Origin: Ophelia neglecta
Lineage: Eukaryota
Direction: 5' to 3'
DNA length: 64,000 bases
NCBI GenBank assembly: GCA_965285935.1
Contig: OZ260662.1
Location: forward strand, 68,882,001 to 68,946,000
In this document: positions 1 through 13,300 of the stretch, one piece after another
Layout: each line of letters begins with the position of its first letter
Position numbering within the stretch: the stretch's first letter is position 1
The notes under the pieces: model-generated
The model's input: only the letters and a program-made list of their open reading frames with translations
Database searches by the model: none
What the model was told of the DNA's origin: nothing
Position numbers and translations under genes: made by a program

Positions 1-854
1 GTGTGTGTGTGCGGAGGGGGGGGGGGGGTAAAATGCCGATAAAATGCCGATAAAATGTATGAACCCCCCACCCCCCACCCCCACCCCCACCCCAATGATT
101 GAAAAAGATATTAATAAAAATTGTGACAACCCCTTGCCCCCTGACCCCCCCACCCCCACCCCCACCCCCTACTCCAATCGGAAATCTTAATTGTTATTAT
201 GCATATTGATTTTTGGCGGGTTTTTTGCACTGTTTTGTCATTTCAAGACAGAGAAGTATTCTGTAATCGTTATTCACCCTTGAAAGTGAGACCACGGTCT
301 ACTAAACGGTATCTAGTGGATACCGTGTCATTGCATACGAACTCCTGTTATACTATTAGTGGTCAATATGTTTGAAAAACCTATCCTCTTAAACCATTAG
401 AATACCTGAAAGTCTTTTTATTGTGCACTGTTCAGGATCTAGACTCGCAAAAATGTCAATAATCTTGATTTTCCTTATGAGTTTCCATTAGTATTCAATG
501 CATTTGACCTGCATATCTTGCACCTTTAAAAGTGGGCATAACGGATTAACTGTTATAGTTTGGAAAATTGTAACCTTTTATATAACTTACGTACATACTT
601 GTCCTAAGGTCCGTCTGGTGCAATATTTGCCTGTTCGGTTCTGAGAAGAAAATATTATACTAGCCATGGGTTTTCGTAAATTATATATTACTGTGTCCTA
701 CTTTATATACATGTACTAATGAGTGATGGAGACAGCTGTGCAAGCTGAGCTAAAAATGCAAAAGATTTGTATATTTTCAATTGATGACCCAATTAAAACA
801 GTCTGTATGCATTATTTGCACAGGAAATATCGTTTTGGTCCGTAACGGGGGAAC

Positions 855-1032
855 TGTCATGAATCGGTTAGAGGAAATGGGAAAAAGCTGTGGTGTTGTT
901 TTGAGTTAAATGCGTGTAACGATGGGGTCGTGCTAAAAGCGAGCACTAGAAGACAATGGAAGCAGGACACCACTATATCTTTCAGCACGACCCCACGTGC
1001 ACAGGTTGGCTTATTGACCGATCCATGACAGT
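855..1032. mobile_element. small foldback/MITE-like element with nested inverted repeats
   Basis: ACTGTCATGAATCGGTTA (~855) pairs with TGACCGATCCATGACAGT (~1015-1032). Inside, TGGGGTCGTGCTAAAAG (923-939) pairs with CTTTCAGCACGACCCCA (979-995). Confidence 0.5.
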
Positions 1033-1610
1033 GAGAGGCTTACCGGCAGACAATTGCAAACTACTTTAACCTCCTTACCCTACAGCAATGTAGGCCGGTG
1101 TTGTTAAACGATTTTGTACCCAATCGATTAACAGCTCGTTACCAGTTACAAATCTGTGTATAAACCGACAACAGCCCTGAGACAGAAATAAAGCCCATTA
1201 GGCCTATCCAAGATTCTGTGGACAGCTTAACCTCTATCTATAGTTGAATAGTATTTGGTCAGTAACTATAAATACTTGTCTGGTTTATTATATCTATTTT
1301 TTTCTAGGACATTGTTAAGTCATTCAATTTTTTATTGGTGGAATAGTTAACATCCGGCGGATGCATAGTAATCAATTATTTAGATCAGGAAACAAGGTCA
1401 CGTACTTCAACCATTATTCACATCTGTTGATTCTTCTATTTCGAAAACAACATATAATGGATGCTGCAAGCGACGAGAACTGATAGCAGTAATATATTCA
1501 ATAAACCATGATAATAAAACAAACATGGACATGATTCTAAAGCGGTAGGCCCATTAGGGACCCATGCTTGTTTGATTTTACACTAGCAATAATAAACAAT
1601 TAAAATATTA

Positions 1611-2157
1611 CTAGCAGTGACCCGAAGAACATCCATGCCAGAGGCAGGTTCATTGAACAAGAAACGAATATGTAGATTGAAATTAACTTTAATAAGAAAC
1701 TTTAATGAATTTGTACAAAACGTCAGATAAGAGGAATATTTCATGAAAAGGGACAAAATCTTAAGTGTGGGTGGCAGTTACAAGCAGGCAAGTAATACTG
1801 GCATGTACAAAGTCAATGATCGAGACACCTTGTAATTATAACCCTTGTTTCATGTAGTCCAGGCCTGATTTGCTTGTCACAAATGGAATGACAGTCTAGA
1901 GGAAAAGCAGTGTTATTTCGTCACCAAGGATAATAATGCACAATGTCAAATCGTGCCCCCCCCCCTCCCCATCCCATCCCACTCCCGCCTACCTCCTACT
2001 CCCGGCCCCTACCTCACACTCCTACCTGCTGCCGCTCCCTCCCTCTACTGGCCCCATCAGCTTCCGCCACTCGCCTATCACACTATTTCCCATCCTCCCT
2101 CCTTACCACTCGAGGCCGACTGATGTCAAAGTAAAACACAGCAAATATAAATATAGA
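1611..2157 (-). mobile_element. non-autonomous Helitron (~550 bp)
   Basis: On the minus strand it starts A|TCTATATTTATA (2157) and ends GGGTCACTGCTAG|T (1611), the TC...CTAG ends inserted between A and T. The terminal 14 nt match the Helitron end at 28326. It contains a pyrimidine-rich tract at ~1955-2105. Confidence 0.65.
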
Positions 2158-3021
2158 TGACCGAAGGTGGTATAATCATTGACATGAACGATTTTGGTAG
2201 TGAGAAAAACAGGCTATTGGCATTGGTTCTGAAATTAGAAAATATGAGTAGACTGGTTGGTGAAATCGGTTCAAGAGTTTACAATTATCGGGAATGCATA
2301 AAACTGTGAATAAATTTATCTGATTTGGGTCTACCTATAGCGTTTAATCTTTGCTATTAATTCCTGTGGTGAAATTGATGTAGCAAAATTGTCGTCATAC
2401 TCTCTACAGGGGTCGCTATTGATAACATTAATAATGACAACAAAACAAACATAAGGCTTTCCGCACTATTTATCAATAGGTCAATGCCATCATTATTATT
2501 TTATTAACCGCAGCATCATGAATAAAAATCAATAATATATTAGATTGTATTATACGTTGTACGGCGGTCAACGAAATGACTTAAATCTCGATAAAATAAT
2601 AAGGAAGAGAGACCAACCCATTTTCGGTACTTCCTGTTATACGATACTGCAAAGATATTAAGTTAATTTCAATTCGAATAAAACATTACTTATGACGTTA
2701 CAATACAGAAAATGTTTACACTTAGTTAAACACTTAGTTTTTTGTTCTCCGTTGCAAAGGTGTGGTTTTAAATGTTGTTGGCTGATTTGATAACTTTTGT
2801 TGATCACATCGTTCTTGTCTAGAGTCTAGACCTTGGGATGTTGGGAATTCTCCTTGCCAAATGTATGTCCACTTGGTGATATGACCATGGGCTTTCGAGA
2901 TATAAAGCCTAAATGTACTTGAAAATGATAAAATTTCGTGAAATAGCCTTTTTATTCGGTGGCGTGACACTTTTTTTTTCAATACCAATTTTGTTTAGCC
3001 TAACTGGTACTCTTAATTTTA

Positions 3022-3198
3022 AGTGAAACCTGTGAATTAAGACCACCCTTGGGAATAGATAATAGTGGTCTGATTATAGAGGTGGTCTGTTTAGACAGGT
3101 TATTTAACATTGAAAGTATATAGCATGGTCCTCATATGAGTGGTCTGAATTGACAGGTGGTCTGATTATAGAGATGGTCTTTGAGGTAGGTTTCACTG
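3022..3198 (+). mobile_element. Tc1/mariner (pogo/Tigger-type) MITE, copy 1
   Basis: Ends AGTGAAACCTGTGAATTAAGACCACC ... GGTTTCACTG|TA with internal GGTGGTCT repeats. Homologous copies lie at 16403 and 60185. Confidence 0.75.
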
Positions 3199-3487
3199 TA
3201 TGTATATATGTCTGAAATTCATTTGGCTCTTTGGTAAAAACAAGACAGTGTACAATTGACCTTGTTTAAAGTCAATACAATAATTATCATTTGCTAATCA
3301 TAATCATTTTGTTATCTTTCTATAACAAGATCTGGTAACACCTAACCTTGTATCACAGATATATTAAGTTTAATTTAGGTCTATGTATAATGCAATAGCC
3401 AATCAACACTTTACAAAGTTAAACAATAGATATTATTCCTATCAGATTAATGGTGTATCACGTAATGTGTATGCATTGCATGGGAAC

Positions 3488-3723
3488 AATACTAATATAG
3501 TCATATAACGCATGGACATTATGAGAACTAGAGCTCATAAGTTTAAAGAAATATATTAATTTTATTAATACTAATATAGTCATATAACGCATGGACATTA
3601 TGAGAACTAGAGCTCATAAGTTTAAAGAAATATGTTAATGTTATTAATACTAATATAGTCATATAACGCATGGACATTATGAGAACTAGAGCTCATAAGT
3701 TTAAAGAAATATGTTAATTTTAT
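3488..3723. repeat. tandem repeat, 79-bp unit x3
   Basis: AATACTAATATAGTCATATAACGCATGGACATTATGAGAACTAGAGCTCATAAG... starts at 3488, 3567 and 3646; the copies are nearly identical. Confidence 0.95.
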
Positions 3724-6700
3724 CACCCTTAATTTCTATGTAACTCATAATTATTGCAACTCTTATATCCATTTAGAGCGGACAAACTTTTACTAATTAC
3801 AATTAACCTTCAGGTACATTCATAATTAAAGGTTTATTTGCTATATATCAGAGTTCAACAATATTACAATATTGTCCTTCTTCAACTATTGGGTTATGAA
3901 TTCTAAATCTAAATTATGCAGTAAATGCAAATAATCTCACCATAAACAGTTATCCAAGCAGAAGAGATAAGGTTCAACATGCAACATAATTTTAAAACGG
4001 CTATGCCATTCAAGTTTACTTTTTACAACCCAAAGAAATACATGTAATTCAGATACTATTTCAATTGGCTCTATGAATAAATTATGTGTGCCGTCCAAGC
4101 TATGATTATTCTGTATATTTCCAAAATATGGCACTATTTGGCTGTTACCATAGTTACGTCATTCAGAGAGAGGTACTCGCCTGCTTATATACATATGGAA
4201 ATATTACTGAACTTCGATCGTTAGTAGAGGAGAGAAGCGGATCGAATTCCGCTGAGAGCAAGGTAGATCAATGACCAACATTACCAGAATAAGTAATTCA
4301 TCCTTGTTTAATCTTTCTGATCGACCTATTATGTCAAACCTCGATACACTTGTTCTGATCAATTCAGTTAGTCGATCGTCGATGTCACGAATAATTTTTT
4401 CCTATTAGAAATGTATTAAACATTACTGGTACTCACGGGGTCTGTGCTCTAGAATGAACACAAATTATCGCCATATTGATTGATTCATTGAATGTCGCAT
4501 CAACTACATTGCATTCAATCAAAAAATCGTGCCGACGGCATTTAACCCATTTTTGTCCACGGCTGGTCTATATCGCAGCATCCTAAATTGATTACTTTCA
4601 ATGATTTCGAACCAGTATGCCAAGTATACAATGCAGGATTACTTATGTCGATAGCGTTTCAGAAAAGCTATACTTTGTAAGCGAAAAACTGAAAACAAAT
4701 GACTATACTAGTATTGAAGAAAATAGATGACTAGATATTTTCAGAATCTATAATATCGAAGTAAACCAGACGACAATTTACCATCTATCATTATAACAGG
4801 GAGTCGCTGGTGATTTTCTCAATTATCCTATCTGTAGGGAACTTATTTGTATGAGGCAATGGGGCCACGCCGAGAAATCATAATGCCCTGATGGCAAAAC
4901 AAATATCAACAAAATAAAACCCTTTTACATGATCATGCACGCCTTAATGGTTTATCTACTTTTCCTAGATAGCCCGAGTCCTTTCCACAGAGAGGATAAT
5001 GATGTGTGCATTTTACACGTCATTAAAGTAGGGCTGACGCATTTTCCCGCTGGCTTGTATTTAAATATTAGAAGATAACAGGATCGCAAACTAACTACCG
5101 ATTATTGATTATTTTCACAATATTGTGCCATGCATATTCATAATCGTAAATTTGAGAAGTTCAGAAGCTAATACCAACAGGCAAAACACTTGCGGATGCT
5201 TGATACAGAAGTTATTATCCATCGATTAATATCTCGTCTCGGAAGAGAGCAACTTAAGCCCATAAATAATTGATGATAGTTACTAAGAGAACTTTGGTGC
5301 CTACCCCGTATCAGTAGTAAACGTATTTGTTGATATTAAGCCTTCTATCTATTATAACTGGCTATTGGCCACGGTTGTCCCACACATTTATTTCGCAGTT
5401 TCCAAACTGTCTGCTTCGCTTAGTTTAGTGGCTGGCCGATATGGTCTCTTCACTCGTCCGGAACAACATCGGATATCATATAGGATGGATAACCCAGCGA
5501 GCAGCCGCTGGTGTGGAAGGGAGCAGCTCTCTTCTTGACCATTTTGAACATCTCCTATCATCAAATACCTACAGCCACTTTAGAAATACTGGCCGTATTC
5601 CGAACGGTATGAAGTTCACCATCGGGGTTAATGAAATCTTAATATGATATTTATTGGGTTTATATCCAAATTGGTAACTTATAAAAATGGGGTTGGATAT
5701 GTATCACAGTGGTAGGATTACTTTGATCGTTGAGCTACTTTGGTGTGGTGGTGGTACCGCAAACGTTGTGGGTTCGAGTCCTAGTCAAGTGAACAAATAC
5801 TGTGAATTCAAAGAAAATGTTTACATAAATTATATCTTTAATCAAATTTAAGTCAACAAAAGCCAACAGAATAGCGTTTCGTATATATTCAACGACACAA
5901 TAATATCGTTAACCGTTAAGTTTCCTCTTTAATTTAACCATTTAATACTTTTTTAAATACAATATGTTGTTTGGTCAAACGATCTCCCTAAATTATATAT
6001 CTCACTCCCGATAAGAAAAGAACATGGCTATAAAAGATCTATCGCCGACAGGTTTTGTTTGGTTCTACTCAATTTGTGTCTACACATGACCACCAGGAGC
6101 CCCCTTTTGATTCTCGTATTAAAAAATTTATATTATCTCAGTTATTCCATTTTATTCACAAATCTATTGTATCAATTCTTCGATAGTCTCCGACGCCATG
6201 CCCATGTATTACAATCAAGAATTTTTAGACTTTTTTTTAATTTATAAAAGGCACCTCAAATTCATTGGACAAAGGTACTCTTTACCAATGCTTAAAAGAA
6301 TTGTCACGAAGCAAATGTCCCAATGAGCCAATATTTCATTATTTGGTTATGTACTTTAGGTTCATGGGATTAATGCAATCAAACATCTTTGTATTATTTA
6401 TTTTGTATGAAAACAACTCGCCAGTTATTCCGATATAAGTTATATTGACTAAGTCTTTAATCGAAAGAGATATATTGAATATGATCCATGTAGGCAAACT
6501 TACATAATTACATTGGAGGCATGTTACAATATGGACGTTATTTGGGAGTGCCTCCTACTCATTGCAGTTCGACGCGCGGTTCCGGAAAATCGATTTTTCT
6601 TTCTCTTTATACAGCCAAGTATAAAGTATGCTGTTAATGCGGTTAAAAGTTATCAACGGAGCAAACTACCATCAGCAATTTCTACGTTCACACGGTAGTC

Positions 6701-6785
6701 GTTAATGTTGTTATAGGAATTCTTGTGACCATTACGCATAATAATATCTGGACATCTACGTACTATGAGCAATTCGACAAAGAGA

Positions 6786-9028
6786 ATGATAAGGGATGTG
6801 TTTTTCCTTATTTGCTTCGGCGAATTATTCACCATCGTCAGGACATATTCACCGGGTGTGGCTTTAGTTTACTTTCCATAATGCCTTATTGTAACAGCTT
6901 ATGGCTAAATTCATTGAAATTATATTACAAATATTCATTCATGTTTTTCTTTAAAAAGACGAAGTGTCAGACTTCTACTTTTTTTATACTCTTTACAAAG
7001 CAGGCAGGACGAAGACTTGCCGAAATAAATGTATGATAAAAATAAACTGTTAATAAGTATCATTTCAAACAAGTCGCTAGGTATAAGCAAGCCCGCGTGT
7101 CTGGGAAAGGGGAAATTAATAGTACATTGAGGAATTAACAGGATACATAAGTGTAGCGGTACAAGAAAATAGTGGAAAAGGTTTCAAAACTTTGTTCATT
7201 GGGCGTTGGAAATGAATAGTAATTCGCCTATTTCGTTAATATTTTACTTGCATGATTTATCCTTTTATAATCTTCCAGGAGGGTGTGAGAAGCTTTTCTA
7301 CCAAGGAGTAAGACACTCTGGTACATACAATATTACCACAAACACTGGTAACAAAATAACGGTATTTTGCCAGTTCGAAACTGGACAGGGTTACACCTTT
7401 ATTTCCAAGAATACGCTCCCGGCTGGATACGGAATACAGTTATCCGAGTTTTATAACACGCGATCCCGTGTGGCGATCCGCTTTCTCGCCAATGACGGTA
7501 CTCGTCAGTTTGAAACGATCATAAAGCGACTCAGCAGCGAACCCGGGAAACTTCTGTCGTTTCTGTTAAATTCTCAACCTGGTTTTCAACAACCTATCAA
7601 CATCGCCCTCTCGCCATACATATACGTCGGGGTTCATCCAATTATTGAAGTTAATCACGCTAATGCCCAGCTCGGATTCAGTAGTAATGGTGCAGATTTG
7701 CTACAGTCCTCCTCTGACGGAAATCCGAATGCTTACTTCAGTTTTTTCTCCAATCCCAGTGGGAATACACCGTTAAACTCTAACTCAGTCTGGGGGAGCT
7801 CCTCCTTGTGTGGGCGATGGAGAGGTAGCGCTTTGCAGGTAGAGTCCTCCTGCTTAATTATCACAATTTGTTGAACTTTCAATTTTCGTTTATTTTGGTA
7901 TCTAGGCCTTGCCCTAATAGAATATTGACATGTTTTTAATATATTGTCTTGACTGTTTTGACTCAAATTAAGGCAGCTACTGTACCTAATTGTACTCGTC
8001 ATTGGCATTTAGATGAACCATAGCTTACTCCCCGATGAGTTTTTCTACGTGACGGAAGCCCATTTTGGAGGAGGGGGTTGTGTGGAGCTGAGCACAGCCT
8101 GGCCTGAGTACCAGTCAGCCGCCGTAGGACTGCCTTTTGGTAAACATATTTATTTAAATTTTAACCTAAAAACTCTTATAACAAAACCTATTGGTAAGAT
8201 ATAATACATAGGTTATAAAAGGTGATAGTCTGTTTGTAGATGGCATAAAATAACTAAATTCGAACTAAGAAAACGTTATAATATGCGTAGGCCCCTGCTT
8301 GTATTTCATGTAATGTAAAAATGTGTCTCCTAAGACTTGTGGCTTATTTAGTCTTATTCATCAATTCAGAATACCTTTTTTATATTATTCACAGACATAC
8401 CAAGCTGTTTCAGTTCGTCGGGCGAAGTTGGTTTGATTTGTGTAGATGGGGACAGTAGTCCCACATGTAACAGAGGTAGGTAAATTTCCATTTGATATAT
8501 ACCAAAAAGACACATTTAAAATTTATTGTTTTAAGACATTACTTCTGTGACTATCAATTGAGGGAAATCAAAGCTAATAAATAGTTGTCAAGCAATATTT
8601 CTCCTGCTGACACTCTTGACATAAATTTTGTTCTTATTATTGCGAGAAAGGCAATTGTTTGTCCGTATACAAATTTATAAAATGATGATTTTATGTTATA
8701 TAGACCTCACATTGTACAGTTGTAAATAAATCTTTTCTGACTTGCAGCTAGAAAGAAGAGTGGAAAGTTCATACAGATAGCTGATACCCATCAAGTCGAC
8801 GGCTTTGTTTTAGAGAATTTCAAACTAACCGAGGGCATACGAGGCAGACGTGTGTGTGCCTCACTCTGCATTGGAATCCACCACTGTCATGCGTACAACG
8901 TCATAGGAAGTGGGAATGACGTCTCGTGTTTTCTCTATCCATGTGACTTTAAACTTGTAGTTAGGTCCGCCGTATCTGATGTTGATTCTTCATTTTCTCT
9001 TGATGTATTAGGATATTCTCTGGAATGA
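6786..9028 (+). CDS. secreted protein (~372 aa): fibrinogen-like N-terminal motif, uncharacterised central domain, Cys-rich linker, PAN/apple-like C-terminal domain
   Basis: Exons 6786-6855 (signal-like MIRDVFFLICFGELFTIVRT, weak GTGTGG donor), 7279-7838, 8013-8139, 8395-8475, 8748-9028. All introns are GT-AG and the frame is preserved. CEKLFYQGVRHSGTYNI...VFCQF resembles the start of a FReD domain. CASLCIGIHHCHAYNV...CFLY fits the PAN/apple Cys pattern. Exon 1 is the least certain. Confidence 0.75.
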
Positions 9029-10383
9029 CAAGGCTGACACATACGAAGAAATCAGTATATGTACACTTGACCCATTTAGCTGTGATATGGAGAGAGCTAT
9101 TGTTTTAGATCAGGCAGTTTAATTACTCAGTTTTACCGGAAACGCCGCTACTATTTCAGTAGCCATACTTATCGTATTCTTTGTCAATCTCAATCTCTGT
9201 TATATAAACTCAAATAGAACTCGATACTATGATTTTGACTTTCAAAAGCTGCCATTTAATTTGTGACTTTTCTAGCTCACTGCTCATATTACCTTTCACT
9301 GCTAAAGATATCCGTTATATCTAGTATTAAGATTGATGCCATAGGGCGCCAAGTAGACATGGGTATGTTAACTTGTAACCAACTCACGGTTTTTTTGTTG
9401 TTACGTGGGTTCATAAAAAGCTCGGCTATGCCCGGGTTTTTATCGATTCTAAGTGGCTGGAACGCCAAGGTTTAACATTAAACGTGGGGTAATCTTAATT
9501 AGCATGTACTTGGGAACACGAGCTTCTTATAATGATCGGCTCGCTTTGAACAGTAGAACTCCCAATATAGGTTTCTGCGGCACGCCATAGTTCATAAAAT
9601 TCTGCCTGTATTTGCAATTCTAAAATAACACATATATTGTTTCTTTTATGCAAATAACCTTTGACCAGCTTGATGTACAATTTGGTATAGGTAGATGTAC
9701 AAGAGCCTAACCATGAACACGTGTTAGGTTTATAATGGTTTATTAATAACAATATAATACATAATTATATGGTTACAATGTTTTTCAATCAAATTTGGAA
9801 ATAAAACTTCCTTATCTTAATCGGATGAGGTATTTTCATCATTTGTACAAGGTAAGCTATGTAAGATAAATATATTATAGCTAGTTTGACACGTGTGTTA
9901 TGCTATGAACGGGTCGATTTTAAGTACCCGCTAGGCCTATTACTAGACAGGAATTATTGAATCCATTTTATCACATTTATTATATTTATTATACTCCTGA
10001 AACAGAAGTTGGTGAGCTTCAACCATAGAGGCTTGATTTGATTCTCATTTTAGGATTCCAGTTAAGCAGCCTCCTTCTTATGTTGACCTAAACACACCAA
10101 TACAAACAGTAGGTGTATTAACATTCATATAATCATATTATGCAGATGTACATGTATTAACCAAGATCAAAACAAGTAAATCGATATTAATATTTGACCA
10201 CTGAACTTATTATAGCTAATCCAGCTAAACAATCAAAAACATTGCTTTTCCTCAGATTTCTTTGGTCTAGTTGGTTTGAAATATGTTCCGATATCTTTGA
10301 ATAGTCCCTGACTGAAAGAGATCAAGGTAATAAAACCTTTAGACTACTTCAGAAATTATTATCATTCCTGATCTAGTTGAGTT

Positions 10384-13300
10384 CTAGAAGACTCCGTAGT
10401 CAATGGTGTCCAGTTCGGCACAGGGTCTCCTTTCGTTATTATCGCCGTTAAATTGACGTAAGGTGCGAACCATGTCAGAGAAGGTAAGTTCCCTGGAAGT
10501 AACAAAATTAAGTTTATATGGTATTAATATCAAATAACGCAACAATCAGAAACTTATATATGCAGATTATAATTCGATGAGGTCTGTTCGTTAAATTCAG
10601 GATGTAGCCCTAGGTACCAATACCATTCATTCGAATCAATTATTTTAGTGAAATGATAAATGAATGCATACTAATTTAAACCCACAGTAAGGTATAAAAA
10701 TAGGTAAAATAGCGTCCTATCCACTACAAAATAATTTAGTAAAAGTGGCCCGATTTTTTCTTGAGTCGAACTAAAGTCTATGTCCAACGCATTTCAATTA
10801 CTTATTCTGCGTTCGTTTAAACACCGACAGATCAGAATGGAAGCTTACTTTAGGTTCCTTTTGACGGATGATGAGGGTTGGAGCAGCACGTATTTCTGTA
10901 TGGTGTTGACGCTGTCCATGTTGTCACACATTATGCGCGACAGGGTGAACTTGCGGATCTCATTTAGTTGAGCTGGCGAATAAAATTAAAAGATATCTCA
11001 AAACAGGGGCTAAGGTTATCACTAACCAATATTTACTACTTTTTATGAATATTAAATAGCCTATCATGAAATAGGCTTGCGTGTACATCATTATAACAGC
11101 AAACGGGACCACTGCAAAAAAAAATATGTTAATAACTTGTAGACATAATAAAATTAGCGCCATCATGATGAAGTATGTCTTACCCTCAGAGAAGGCAGTG
11201 GGCTGTTGGGCGTTCTCGTAGAAGAATCGGTCTCCGACTTTCAGCATTCGGAACTGGTTGGCGAAGAGGCAGGCGAAGGTAGGCCCTACGTTACCACCGT
11301 CGACATTTGTCTCAGAAATACCACCGACATACAGGTCAATATCCTCATAGCTCCTGAAGAATATATAATAAAGTATGTATAAATTATAGGCCTATATTTG
11401 ATCCAATCAATACACATATATAACCCTATAGTTGGCGTAACGGCAGGCAGAACTGTCGGTACCAAGTAGATGAAGTCCGATAGTTAATATACGCTTGCCT
11501 TAACCCTAAGAACTTTAACACTGATATTCCAATACTTTAACACTGATAATCTAATACGTTACAGGTTATCTTACTCGTAAAGATTTCTCAGTTGGGCCCG
11601 GACGCTGGTAGGTATGTACGTTATTTCATTCCATCTGTTCGGCGTCGGAAGGCCACAGAATCTCCGGAATTCCATCCAACCTTAATGAAGAGAACATAAT
11701 GATAATAATTGCTGTATGAGATATACATGGACATTTGGGTGTATTTTATGGAGGTGAATAGGCCTATAACAGTTAGTTACTTGGCAGTCCGTGGTCGCGA
11801 CCCCTCTGGAGATTGAGTGACGGCAGGTCGGTACCCAGTCCGTGAGGAGGGTCGGCGGTAAAAAGGTGGGCTGTCACCGACTTCGAGAAACTATGGTCAG
11901 ACTCCTCGGCCGGCTGACTGATCTGACCAAACATAATGGCATCGACGCCGGAGCCGCCAGGGGCGCTGGTATTGTACAGAGCGTTTGGGCGAAGGAACAT
12001 CTGTAAATCAGTATAGAGAAATTATAACAATCCACCACATATGATGTACTTGGGCCCATTTTTTGATACATAATTATTTTTGATCTTACCCACACACCAC
12101 TCCAAAAAGCTGGTAACGGTAACGCTCTACCCAATGAATACCCTGGGGCTGATAATTTCTTGAAAGTACACCACCCTTTGCCACGTTTTCAAATATATTT
12201 GCCGATCTGATGCATAAATACATACATTTGCCATTTCGTGGACGGCAGCCTGACGGTACATTTGATTGGTAAACTCGAGGAAGTTGGATATCTGGCTGTG
12301 TCCATAGCGGAAGGCAGCTGTTGCAAACTCATTGGCGATGTTGGGCACCACAGAAGAATCATAACCTACAGCCAAATACAAGTGTTCATTGATAAATATT
12401 TGATATTTTTCGAATCAGATATGAAATCAATTGTCCTAAGCCTTTTGCCAAATCTGCATAAATATCAATTAGGAACGGAAGCAATTATTTTCGGTACTGG
12501 CTCCTATATTGAGTTCATTCTTTATCTATAGGCCTATAGCCTTCTTCACATCATAGTGCCCCCGGCAACAGACAGAGACAGACAGCCCCTTTATTGTAAG
12601 ATGTAAATAACCTAGTGCGTACCTCTGAAGAATCCAGAGGTCTGAGGGTAAAGACCGAACTCTGTCATCTTCTCTGGTCCAATCACAGTTGGGAGGTACT
12701 CATTGTAGACGATGTGCTGCCAGATGGCGCTGACTATCCTGCGCGTCTCTCTGTACAGACGATTTCCGGAGTACCGAGGGTGGTTGTCATTGAGGCGACC
12801 TTCGATAAGGTTGTGAGCTCTCTGCCACAGGGTATGCATGGAGGATAGACCCACCTGATCATTGACTCGTTCGTCACCTGAGAACAATGCATATTTTTAT
12901 CGTCCGCCGATTCATTAGTTAATATTGATCATTTCAATGCAAAGTTGATGTCGGTTACGGGACTAGCTAGCACAAAATTGCAACATATCCATAGAATCAT
13001 ATTTGGATATATGCTTACCGGCTTCGAAGCATTTGATAGTGTCTGTCAAAGTAGTTGTGTCACAACCGGAGCCATCCTCGTTGGTTGGCAGGAGTCCTTT
13101 CAGGCTGGATTCCAGGGGGTGTGGGGTCAGTATCAACCTGCCGCGAGCTACAAGGGTCACAAATAATAACAAAGTAGTAAGATGTGAAGGCTGTGTTTTA
13201 GTATGGGCAATATATGCAGATTGTCAGGCAACCTCTTTCCTTTACAGGAAGCACTTAAGATGTTTTCGACATATGTTTTATGAGTTCCTTCTAATAGATA

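Noticed and set aside
1936-2160. Pro-rich ORFs (extensin-like)
   Set aside because: They are translations of a C-rich low-complexity tract inside a putative Helitron, with no splice or domain support.
5735-5795. tRNA gene (GGTTCGAGTCC B box); a similar motif lies at ~28086-28120 on the minus strand
   Set aside because: No cloverleaf can be folded; these are more likely decayed SINE heads.
10360-10386. Stop-codon readthrough of PxA, whose C-terminus is slightly shorter than those of its paralogues
   Set aside because: The TAG-A context is not a known leaky signal, and the downstream codons do not resemble the PxB/PxC ends.
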